From Ranitomeya imitator (lineage: Eukaryota), in the NCBI RefSeq assembly GCF_032444005.1, contig NC_091284.1:619628001-619692000 (forward strand): a DNA stretch of 64,000 bases, written 5' to 3'. The translations under genes were made by a program, and so were the position numbers. Shown piece after piece: positions 40,600-51,094 of the stretch. Every line of letters begins with the position of its first letter. The stretch's first letter is position 1. The notes under the pieces were generated by a model. It ran no database searches, was not told the origin of the DNA, and saw nothing but the letters and a program-made list of their open reading frames with translations.

Positions 40600-43500
40600 T
40601 GATAAGAAAGAGAGGGGGCACCACAGATTCCAAGGGATCCAACCAGGTCTATATAATATGAACCATTTCAAAAAAGAAGAGAAAGAAATAGACCAAAAAT
40701 CGGGGATCACCGGAGGCACGGATCAAGTAAAAAAAGGCAAATTTTATTCAAAAGTGTATAAACGGACACAGAAAACCACATAGAGCACACATTAAAAACA
40801 TTTAAAACATTGGTCATCCATGTGACCTATACATGGTACACTTAGGCCCAAAATAGAGCCATCCCCCTGTATGAACCAACTCCCCAGTATCAATAGATGA
40901 CAAATATAAAGAAAATCCTAACTATTACCGAGTGTGATGTCTATGTGAACAGCACCTTATTTTATCATACAAAAAATATATTGAAAAAGAGAGCTAAATG
41001 GCAAGTACACAAATAGTCATATAGCTACCACATTCAGCATATGTCACAATGACTTGTAAGGAGATCCACAATGCCTAGATGCACCATGTTATAGTGAAGG
41101 CCGTATCCATGGTGCAAACACATAAATAAATAAAAAAAAAAAAAAAAAAAGAGTCATCTAGACATGAACCCCAATTGCCATAGAAATGAATAAAGATACA
41201 TATGGAGGTGCAGATAACCAGCCCAGCTGAGGGCACAATCAGGTTCAAAGACTAATAAATCTATTAGCAGAGTAAGTACGAGACTCAATGTGCCAAAGCT
41301 GCAGAGACTCCCATGCTGAAGAGGCATGCACACAGTTACCAAAGCCTCTGGGGCTAGATGACCAAAGCTCAATCACAGCATGTAAAATAGAGCCAAGGGC
41401 TGCTGGACACACTCAGGACCACCTGGGGAGTGGAGACAGGGGGTACGCTGACCCGACGCGTGTCGCCACACTCAGTGGCTTCGTCAGGGGTAACTCCTGT
41501 CAGTGTACTGCGTCCTAATATACTAATTAATCACTTAGGAAATAGCTGCAGCTGTGCTGCTTACCAGAGAAGCATGTAGTCAGGAAACATGGAGGTGCCT
41601 CCCCCAGCGTCCAGGGAGAGCTGCCAGCACCTGCGCACACAGGCTTATCTCCTGTGTATTGTCTCGTCACACCAGGTTGTCAAGGGTGCCTGGCAACACC
41701 CCGCCCACCCCACATCATCGGATCTCCAACACAGTTGCAATGGGAGCACAGACGCTTGGGCTGGTATATCCCTGCGCCCCCTGGTGGAGTATTGCAAATA
41801 CTTATGAATGTTTCAGTTCTAAATGCACAAAAACATAGCAAAAGGACAGTGGTGCGCATAACTATGAGGTGGCCTGTGATACCACACAAGATTGTATCCC
41901 CACAGAGTAAATTGAGCTCGCTGCATACATGAGCTCCATCCATGACATGTTATTGCACCCAAGCAGCAAGAATTCTGTGCCTGTAGTGTATCACCATACT
42001 TTGTATACAGGGTGCCGACAGACACCTTTAACCCCATGCGTGCCACCGCGCAGGGGAGCAGAAAAGTGGCACAAAAATGTACATAGCAAATGCCACATTT
42101 AGATCAAGATGCCAGAGGGGCCCAGCAACATTCCCCCCATACCACATCATCAGGTCTCAGGCAGAGTTGTCATGAGCGCATGGACACTTGAGCTGATGTG
42201 CGTCTTCGTGCCCCATGTTGGTGCACTACAGGCTCTTATGAGCATTGGATTGCAAGTGCCCAGAACCACCGTAAGCCTACAGATATACAAATACCAGTGA
42301 GGCAACATATAGTCTCGTATAGGATAACGATATCTCATTAGATAAGCCTCGGCACATTCAAAGTAAGTTATCATAGCTGCGTGCAGGGGCTTCACCTGTC
42401 ACATTCCATTGCACCTAGGCAGCAGTTATGTAGCTGCATAGATGCATAGATGCCACACCTGTAGTATTTAGGACATACCCAGACATCCAACCCCACGCGT
42501 GTCATCGTGCAGGGGGGCAAACAGGTGTAAAAAATGTGCATTGCCAGTGCCCCATACATTGCCACATCGGGTAGAACCATAACTTTGTTAGAATGGAGCA
42601 CGTAGTATAAAGCATGCTCTTCCAGTGCCCCAATCAGGACTATTACAAGACTTAAAGACTCCATACCTTATGTGCAATATCATATCATAGACACTCAAGT
42701 CATGCTATAACTCAGCCAGCATTGGCCCTATATGGGATTGCTGGGATTCCCCAGTTACACTTTGTCCAACCCCAAAAGTCTTAATCAGGGTGCAAATGTG
42801 GGCTCCCATCACGCTCCAGGCAAAATTGCCCGGGGCACGTGGAAACCTATGCTCACTGTATGTCAACACCAAATACGTCATTACAAACCAGTAATGGTAG
42901 ACTTAAAATGGCTGGAAAGCATGACAAAAATAAATATTTACATGTAAAATTGCTGGTTTAATAAAGCAACCTAAAGCCTCTTTCAAGGGCAGAATAATAT
43001 TATATATATATACATATTCCATGTAAACTCAAAGTGGGCCACAGATGGAATGTGGCACTACTACAAAAAGACAAAATCACTGCAGAAGCACCAATTATCA
43101 AAATATATTTGGACATGCAGGTCAAGGGCATACGGTCTGGTGTTGTTGACAAAGACATCACATATAGAACCAGCAGGAGTGATACTAGTACGAAAGGTGC
43201 TTATATTAAATTAGAGTCCTAGTAGTGCTGTTCACATAGAGATCCAAATTCTACCTAGGCTACTGCAAGTTATTGCTAAACAGAAGACCTAGTTCAAAAT
43301 ATAAAAGTGATGAATGATGATAACAAAACCAGAAACATATAAAGCGTTCCTAGATATAAAGAGGCAACAAAGCAACGCACCAATAGTGGGCATGAACGAG
43401 TCTTTCAGGATTGCTTATAGAACCCTGTAAATAAAAGGTCCTCATTAAGGCCAAACGGAGCTTTACAGTTCAAATTGAAGATCCATTTGGACTCGCGTCT

Positions 43501-45437
43501 TAGCAATTCCAACGTGATGTCTCCCCCTCTGATGTCTGATTGGACCAACTCCAGGCCCATAATTCGTGTTCCCCTATGTTGGGAGTTGTGTACAGATAAA
43601 TAATGCGAGGCCACCGAGGACAAGGTTTTCCCCCTTTCCAAGTCTTTCTTTGCTGTGGTGATGCTTGAGAAGTGCTGCTGTATTCTCTTTTTCAGTACTT
43701 GAGTCGTCTGACCAACATACGTTTTTGGACACGGACAGATAAGAGCATAAATCAGATTCCGAGTTTTACAGTTGAAGTAGGTTTTTGTCACCACCTGAAA
43801 TGAAGAAGGGGATGGAATGAGAGTCACATCATTGTTGATAAATGGGCAAATGTTGCAGCTGCCACATGGAAATGTCCCAACGAGTTTAGTCCCTCTGTTT
43901 AGCCGAGTTGTTGGGCGTTTAAAGTGGCTATGGCTCAGAGAGTCCTTAAGGTTTTTTGGTCTTCTGGCTATCAAGGTTGGCTGTGTGGAGATGTGTGATT
44001 TAAGTTTGGGTTCGCTACGTAAAATCCCCCAATATTTAGTGAGTATCTCTCGAACCTCCCGCCACTGGTTATTATAAGTTGTAATAACACCCAGAGGTTT
44101 AGAAGGTCCCTTCACACGGGGCTGCAATAAATCCCCTCTGCCCGCATCTCTCGCTGCAGTGTAGGCACGTGCAATTACCTTTTTTGGATAGCCTCTATCC
44201 TTGAACCGGTGGGTAAGATCCTGTGAGTGCATCCGAAAATCTTCTTGGGTACTGCAATTTCGTTTTATACGATAAAATTGCCCTTTTGGAATCCCTTTTC
44301 TTAGATGCTGTGGGTGAAAACTTGAAAATTGTAAAAGGCTATTGGTAGCCGTCGGTTTACGATACAGAGTGGTATACACGCACCCATCCTTAGGGTAAAG
44401 CTTGAGATCCAAGAATTCCACTTCTCTCTGTGACAGGTGTGAGGTCAGCCGTATATTCCAGGGGTTTTGGTTCAGAGTCATAATGAATTGATGACATTCT
44501 TCCAGGGTGCCTGTCCAGAGAAACAAGATATCATCAATATAACGATACCATTTGATGACATGCATGGAAAAAGCCTCCAGACAGTACACCCTGGTTGACT
44601 CCCACCACCCCAAAAAGAGGTTTGCGTACGAGGGCGCACAACGTGCGCCCATCGCAGTACCTCTGGCTTGCCTATAGAAAACCCGGTCGAACACAAAATA
44701 GTTTTTATCGAGTACAAATGACAGTAGATCAAGCAAAAAGGAATCATGTAACCTGTCACCTGTTGTGTTCTGGTCCAAAAAGAAGGCAACCGCCTGAATC
44801 CCCAGATCATGCCGTATGCAAGTATATAGGGACTCAACGTCCAGTGTGACGAGGTACACATCAGGTGGAACACTCAGGTCCTGTAGCTGTTGGATCAAAA
44901 AAGTGGAATCCCTAACGAAGGAGTCCAAGGAGGCAACAAGAGGCTGTAAGAAAAAATCAATGTAAGTACAAGGACGCTCCAAAAGTCCCCCTATCCCGGA
45001 CACAATAGGTCTACCTGGTGGTGTCTGTACGGATTTATGGACCTTTGGAAGTAGATAGAAGGTTGGTACTCTCGGATGGTGATTAGTCATAAAATCTCTC
45101 TCGCGCTTGTTTATAATACTCATGGTGAATGCCGAATCCAGAAGGCGATCCAATTTGGCTTTAAATACATCAGAGGGGTCCGAAGGAAGGACCTGATAAC
45201 AATCGGAATCTGACAGTTGGCGTCTAGCTTCATCCAGATACAATTCAATAGGCCATAAAACCAAGTTACCACCTTTATCAGCCTCGCGGATGACAAAGTC
45301 TCGATTTGAACCAAGTTTCGCAATAGCTTTTTCTTCGGCCTTATTAAGATTTCTCCCTTTATTAGGGTCTGGTTTTAGGCCCTGTATCTCATCACATACT
45401 GCATTAAAAAAGCTCTGGATGGCTGGAAAAAAAGACA
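40600..45437 (-). mobile_element. Penelope-like element, inverted 5'-truncated copy
   Basis: Near-identical reverse complement of 49063-53895. Confidence 0.95.
41451..41491 (-). ncRNA. Type I minimal hammerhead ribozyme-like motif (variant core)
   Basis: Reverse complement of 46941-46981. Confidence 0.75.
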
Positions 45438-45438
45438 T
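43405..45438 (-). pseudogene. 5'-truncated PLE RT/GIY-YIG ORF (677 aa); its ATG is created by the inversion junction
   Basis: Protein matches the C-terminal 676 aa of the 791-aa ORF. Confidence 0.9.
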
Positions 45439-47828
45439 TCTGCCCTTGAAAGAGGCTTTAGGTTGCTTTATTAAACCAGCAATTTTACATGTAAATATTT
45501 ATTTTTGTCATGCTTTCCAGCCATTTTAAGTCTACCATTACTGGTTTGTAATGACGTATTTGGTGTTGACATACAGTGAGCATAGGTTTCCACGTGCCCC
45601 GGGCAATTTTGCCTGGAGCGTGATGGGAGCCCACATTTGCACCCTGATTAAGACTTTTGGGGTTGGACAAAGTGTAACTGGGGAATCCCAGCAATCCCAT
45701 ATAGGGCCAATGCTGGCTGAGTTATAGCATGACTTGAGTGTCTATGATATGATATTGCACATAAGGTATGGAGTCTTTAAGTCTTGTAATAGTCCTGATT
45801 GGGGCACTGGAAGAGCATGCTTTATACTACGTGCTCCATTCTAACAAAGTTATGGTTCTACCCGATGTGGCAATGTATGGGGCACTGGCAATGCACATTT
45901 TTTACACCTGTTTGCCCCCCTGCACGATGACACGCGTGGGGTTGGATGTCTGGGTATGTCCTAAATACTACAGGTGTGGCATCTATGCATCTATGCAGCT
46001 ACATAACTGCTGCCTAGGTGCAATGGAATGTGACAGGTGAAGCCCCTGCACGCAGCTATGATAACTTACTTTGAATGTGCCGAGGCTTATCTAATGAGAT
46101 ATCGTTATCCTATACGAGACTATATGTTGCCTCACTGGTATTTGTATATCTGTAGGCTTACGGTGGTTCTGGGCACTTGCAATCCAATGCTCATAAGAGC
46201 CTGTAGTGCACCAACATGGGGCACGAAGACGCACATCAGCTCAAGTGTCCATGCGCTCATGACAACTCTGCCTGAGACCTGATGATGTGGTATGGGGGGA
46301 ATGTTGCTGGGCCCCTCTGGCATCTTGATCTAAATGTGGCATTTGCTATGTACATTTTTGTGCCACTTTTCTGCTCCCCTGCGCGGTGGCACGCATGGGG
46401 TTAAAGGTGTCTGTCGGCACCCTGTATACAAAGTATGGTGATACACTACAGGCACAGAATTCTTGTTGCTTGGGTGCAAGAACATGTCATGGATGGAGCT
46501 CATGTATGCAGCGAGCTCAATTTACTCTGTGGGGATACAATCTTGTGTGGTATCACAGGCCACCTCATAGTTATGCGCACCACTGTCCTTTTGCTATGTT
46601 TTTGTGCATTTAGAACTGAAACATTCATAAGTATTTGCAATACTCCACCAGGGGGCGCAGGGATATACCAGCCCAAGCGTCTGTGCTCCCATTGCAACTG
46701 TGTTGGAGATCCGATGATGTGGGGTGGGCGGGGTGTTGCCAGGCACCCTTGACAACCTGGTGTGACGAGACAATACACAGGAGATAAGCCTGTGTGCGCA
46801 GGTGCTGGCAGCTCTCCCTGGACGCTGGGGGAGGCACCTCCATGTTTCCTGACTACATGCTTCTCTGGTAAGCAGCACAGCTGCAGCTATTTCCTAAGTG
46901 ATTAATTAGTATATTAGGACGCAGTACACTGACAGGAGTTACCCCTGACGAAGCCACTGAGTGTGGCGACACGCGTCGGGTCAGCGTACCCCCTGTCTCC
47001 ACTCCCCAGGTGGTCCTGAGTGTGTCCAGCAGCCCTTGGCTCTATTTTACATGCTGTGATTGAGCTTTGGTCATCTAGCCCCAGAGGCTTTGGTAACTGT
47101 GTGCATGCCTCTTCAGCATGGGAGTCTCTGCAGCTTTGGCACATTGAGTCTCGTACTTACTCTGCTAATAGATTTATTAGTCTTTGAACCTGATTGTGCC
47201 CTCAGCTGGGCTGGTTATCTGCACCTCCATATGTATCTTTATTCATTTCTATGGCAATTGGGGTTCATGTCTAGATGACTCTTTTTTTTTTTTTTTTTTT
47301 ATTTATGTGTTTGCACCATGGATACTGCCTTCACTATAACATGGTGCATCTAGGCATTGTGGATCTCCTTACAAGTCATTGTGACATATGCTGAATGTGG
47401 TAGCTATATGACTATTTGTGTACTTGCCATTTAGCTCTCTTTTTCAATATATTTTTTGTATGATAAAATAAGGTGCTGTTCACATAGACATCACACTCGG
47501 TAATAGTTAGGATTTTCTTTATATTTGTCATCTATTGATACTGGGAAGTTGGTTCATACAGGGGGATGGCTCTATTTTGGGCCTAAGTGTACCATGTATA
47601 GGTCACATGGATGACCAATGTTTTAAATGTTTTTAATGTGTGCTCTATGTGGTTTTCTGTGTCCGTTTATACACTTTTGAATAAAATTTGCCTTTTTTTA
47701 CTTGATCCGTGCCTCCGGTGATCCCCGATTTTTGGTCTATTTCTTTCTCTTCTCTTTTGAAATGGTTCATATTATATAGACCTGGTTGGATCCCTTGGAA
47801 TCTGTGGTGCCCCCTCTCTTTCTTATCA
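45438..47828 (+). mobile_element. Partial PLE unit (3' non-coding/pLTR-like part) upstream of the first complete unit
   Basis: Matches ~51505-53895 apart from a few SNPs. Confidence 0.9.
46941..46981 (+). ncRNA. Type I minimal hammerhead ribozyme-like motif (variant core)
   Basis: ACCC-CUGACGA-A-GCCAC(UGAGU)GUGGC-GAC-AC(GC)GU-C-GGGU; stems I and II pair; palindromic stem III ACGCGU as in PLE minimal hammerheads; predicted cut after C46977. Confidence 0.75.
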
Positions 47829-47957
47829 AGCCTTCAGTTTGTATGCGGCTGTCTGTTTTTCTCCCGCATTTTCTGGGCGTGGCACGCTGATAGTCTTCTA
47901 TAACTGATTGACTTATTTTTTGGATAGATATTGTATATTATTGTAGCAATTTTTGGC

Positions 47958-48716
47958 ATGGATCTGGCAGCTAGGGAAGCAGCATGGAATAGTCAAATGG
48001 GTAATATCTTTGAGGATACCCCCCTCAATGTGGCCATTAGTGGTAATGAGGATCTGGATTTTCATGGAGTATCTAGTGAATTAATTGGATTGCATAAGTC
48101 ACTCACCAAAACATGGTGGAACATAAAAACGTTGGAGGAGTACAGAAAGGTGGGCCTGGTGCCCAGAGGACTTAGAGTCCAAATTTTTCCGGCCTGGGAA
48201 GCAGATGCCAACTTCCAAAATACGTGGGAGAACGGCTTATTGAAGTGCTCAAATATCCTCATAGAGATGCTTATTGAACATGATCGGGTAATTTTGTCTG
48301 CTATTAAAGAGAAAATAAAGACTAGTGAAATTAAGTTGGAAAAGTTTGACAAAAAAACCTTAGTTGAGCCATTTCAGGGCCAGCTGAAGGATATAATTGA
48401 TAAATTTGAAAAAGACATAGGGGGTAAGAAGCAAAAATTTAAAAGAGATCAGTTGGATTTTAAAAATGGGCGAGCATATAGATGGACACATAAGGGCAAC
48501 AAGAGAGGTACGAACCTCAATGTGCCAATGGATAAAAGTATAGCGAACCTTCATGAACTTACATCAAGCGATTTTTTATCGTCCGAACAAAGCGAGGCCG
48601 AAGGCATAACCGGAGGGGCCGAAGGAGGAGACACGGCCAAAAGAAAACGGAACAAGAACTACAGGGTCTGGTCCCCCAAATACAGACGGGAGACACGACA
48701 GAACAGGAAACGATAG
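47958..48716 (+). CDS. PLE ORF1 (252 aa from ATG): N-terminal domain, predicted helical/coiled-coil with basic tail
   Basis: Open frame in all 3 copies; YRKVGLVPRGLR resembles the IP(K/R)GL motif of PLE N-termini (from recall, not a search). Confidence 0.75.
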   Translation: MDLAAREAAWNSQMGNIFEDTPLNVAISGNEDLDFHGVSSELIGLHKSLTKTWWNIKTLEEYRKVGLVPRGLRVQIFPAWEADANFQNTWENGLLKCSNILIEMLIEHDRVILSAIKEKIKTSEIKLEKFDKKTLVEPFQGQLKDIIDKFEKDIGGKKQKFKRDQLDFKNGRAYRWTHKGNKRGTNLNVPMDKSIANLHELTSSDFLSSEQSEAEGITGGAEGGDTAKRKRNKNYRVWSPKYRRETRQNRKR

Positions 48717-48718
48717 AT

Positions 48719-51094
48719 GTGCCCACAATGCCGGCTGGTCCAGTACAATCTGGTAAGCTCTCCATTATTAATTTGTCCTCCTATATTTTGTCTGATGTAG
48801 AGATCTCGGTATTGGAGAGGGGACTCTCCTTTTGCCCTACCAACATTATGGACAAATTTACTGTCATAAAGGATGTCTATCTCTTCTGCAGACAGTTGGC
48901 GTTCAAACTGCTATATCATCAACCATCCATTTTGGATGATTTACCCATGGGAGAGCGACAAGTTTTTAGGGACCTCTTGGACCTATTGGAGGAAAATGAA
49001 GGAGGACATCAAAAGAAGAAAAAGTTCCCTGGTAGGTTACCTTCACAGGCTACACCTTCCTTGTCTTTTTTTCCAGCCATCCAGAGCTTTTTTAATGCAG
49101 TATGTGATGAGATACAGGGCCTAAAACCAGACCCTAATAAAGGGAGAAATCTTAATAAGGCCGAAGAAAAAGCTATTGCGAAACTTGGTTCAAATCGAGA
49201 CTTTGTCATCCGCGAGGCTGATAAAGGTGGTAACTTGGTTTTATGGCCTATTGAATTGTATCTGGATGAAGCTAGACGCCAACTGTCAGATTCCGATTGT
49301 TATCAGGTCCTTCCTTCGGACCCCTCTGATGTATTTAAAGCCAAATTGGATCGCCTTCTGGATTCGGCATTCACCATGAGTATTATAAACAAGCGCGAGA
49401 GAGATTTTATGACTAATCACCATCCGAGAGTACCAACCTTCTATCTACTTCCAAAGGTCCATAAATCCGTACAGACACCACCAGGTAGACCTATTGTGTC
49501 CGGGATAGGGGGACTTTTGGAGCGTCCTTGTACTTACATTGATTTTTTCTTACAGCCTCTTGTTGCCTCCTTGGACTCCTTCGTTAGGGATTCCACTTTT
49601 TTGATCCAACAGCTACAGGACCTGAGTGTTCCACCTGATGTGTACCTCGTCACACTGGACGTTGAGTCCCTATATACTTGCATACGGCATGATCTGGGGA
49701 TTCAGGCGGTTGCCTTCTTTTTGGACCAGAACACAACAGGTGACAGGTTACATGATTCCTTTTTGCTTGATCTACTGTCATTTGTACTCGATAAAAACTA
49801 TTTTGTGTTCGACCGGGTTTTCTATAGGCAAGCCAGAGGTACTGCGATGGGCGCACGTTGTGCGCCCTCGTACGCAAACCTCTTTTTGGGGTGGTGGGAG
49901 TCAACCAGGGTGTACTGTCTGGAGGCTTTTTCCATGCATGTCATCAAATGGTATCGTTATATTGATGATATCTTGTTTCTCTGGACAGGCACCCTGGAAG
50001 AATGTCATCAATTCATTATGACTCTGAACCAAAACCCCTGGAATATACGGCTGACCTCACACCTGTCACAGAGAGAAGTGGAATTCTTGGATCTCAAGCT
50101 TTACCCTAAGGATGGGTGCGTGTATACCACTCTGTATCGTAAACCGACGGCTACCAATAGCCTTTTACAATTTTCAAGTTTTCACCCACAGCATCTAAGA
50201 AAAGGGATTCCAAAAGGGCAATTTTATCGTATAAAACGAAATTGCAGTACCCAAGAAGATTTTCGGATGCACTCACAGGATCTTACCCACCGGTTCAAGG
50301 ATAGAGGCTATCCAAAAAAGGTAATTGCACGTGCCTACACTGCAGCGAGAGATGCGGGCAGAGGGGATTTATTGCAGCCCCGTGTGAAGGGACCTTCTAA
50401 ACCTCTGGGTGTTATTACAACTTATAATAACCAGTGGCGGGAGGTTCGAGAGATACTCACTAAATATTGGGGGATTTTACGTAGCGAACCCAAACTTAAA
50501 TCACACATCTCCACACAGCCAACCTTGATAGCCAGAAGACCAAAAAACCTTAAGGACTCTCTGAGCCATAGCCACTTTAAACGCCCAACAACTCGGCTAA
50601 ACAGAGGGACTAAACTCGTTGGGACATTTCCATGTGGCAGCTGCAACATTTGCCCATTTATCAACAATGATGTGACTCTCATTCCATCCCCTTCTTCATT
50701 TCAGGTGGTGACAAAAACCTACTTCAACTGTAAAACTCGGAATCTGATTTATGCTCTTATCTGTCCGTGTCCAAAAACGTATGTTGGTCAGACGACTCAA
50801 GTACTGAAAAAGAGAATACAGCAGCACTTCTCAAGCATCACCACAGCAAAGAAAGACTTGGAAAGGGGGAAAACCTTGTCCTCGGTGGCCTCGCATTATT
50901 TATCTGTACACAACTCCCAACATAGGGGAACACGAATTATGGGCCTGGAGTTGGTCCAATCAGACATCAGAGGGGGAGACATCACGTTGGAATTGCTAAG
51001 ACGCGAGTCCAAATGGATCTTCAATTTGAACTGTAAAGCTCCGTTTGGCCTTAATGAGGACCTTTTATTTACAGGGTTCTATAAGCAATCCTGA
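48719..51094 (+). CDS. PLE reverse transcriptase + GIY-YIG endonuclease (791 aa; frame open from 48557)
   Basis: INLSS…LERGLSF, TLDVESLYT, GTAMGARCAPSYANLF, YRYIDD, FLDL, YRKPT; endonuclease LIY…YVGQT…RIQQH…RESKWI…GLN. Confidence 0.97.
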   Translation: MPTMPAGPVQSGKLSIINLSSYILSDVEISVLERGLSFCPTNIMDKFTVIKDVYLFCRQLAFKLLYHQPSILDDLPMGERQVFRDLLDLLEENEGGHQKKKKFPGRLPSQATPSLSFFPAIQSFFNAVCDEIQGLKPDPNKGRNLNKAEEKAIAKLGSNRDFVIREADKGGNLVLWPIELYLDEARRQLSDSDCYQVLPSDPSDVFKAKLDRLLDSAFTMSIINKRERDFMTNHHPRVPTFYLLPKVHKSVQTPPGRPIVSGIGGLLERPCTYIDFFLQPLVASLDSFVRDSTFLIQQLQDLSVPPDVYLVTLDVESLYTCIRHDLGIQAVAFFLDQNTTGDRLHDSFLLDLLSFVLDKNYFVFDRVFYRQARGTAMGARCAPSYANLFLGWWESTRVYCLEAFSMHVIKWYRYIDDILFLWTGTLEECHQFIMTLNQNPWNIRLTSHLSQREVEFLDLKLYPKDGCVYTTLYRKPTATNSLLQFSSFHPQHLRKGIPKGQFYRIKRNCSTQEDFRMHSQDLTHRFKDRGYPKKVIARAYTAARDAGRGDLLQPRVKGPSKPLGVITTYNNQWREVREILTKYWGILRSEPKLKSHISTQPTLIARRPKNLKDSLSHSHFKRPTTRLNRGTKLVGTFPCGSCNICPFINNDVTLIPSPSSFQVVTKTYFNCKTRNLIYALICPCPKTYVGQTTQVLKKRIQQHFSSITTAKKDLERGKTLSSVASHYLSVHNSQHRGTRIMGLELVQSDIRGGDITLELLRRESKWIFNLNCKAPFGLNEDLLFTGFYKQS

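Noticed and set aside
45436-45438. ATG start of the inverted RT ORF
   Set aside because: Created by the inversion junction; not the native start
48719-51094. Selenocysteine recoding, as in some PLE clades
   Set aside because: No in-frame TGA inside the RT/EN ORF
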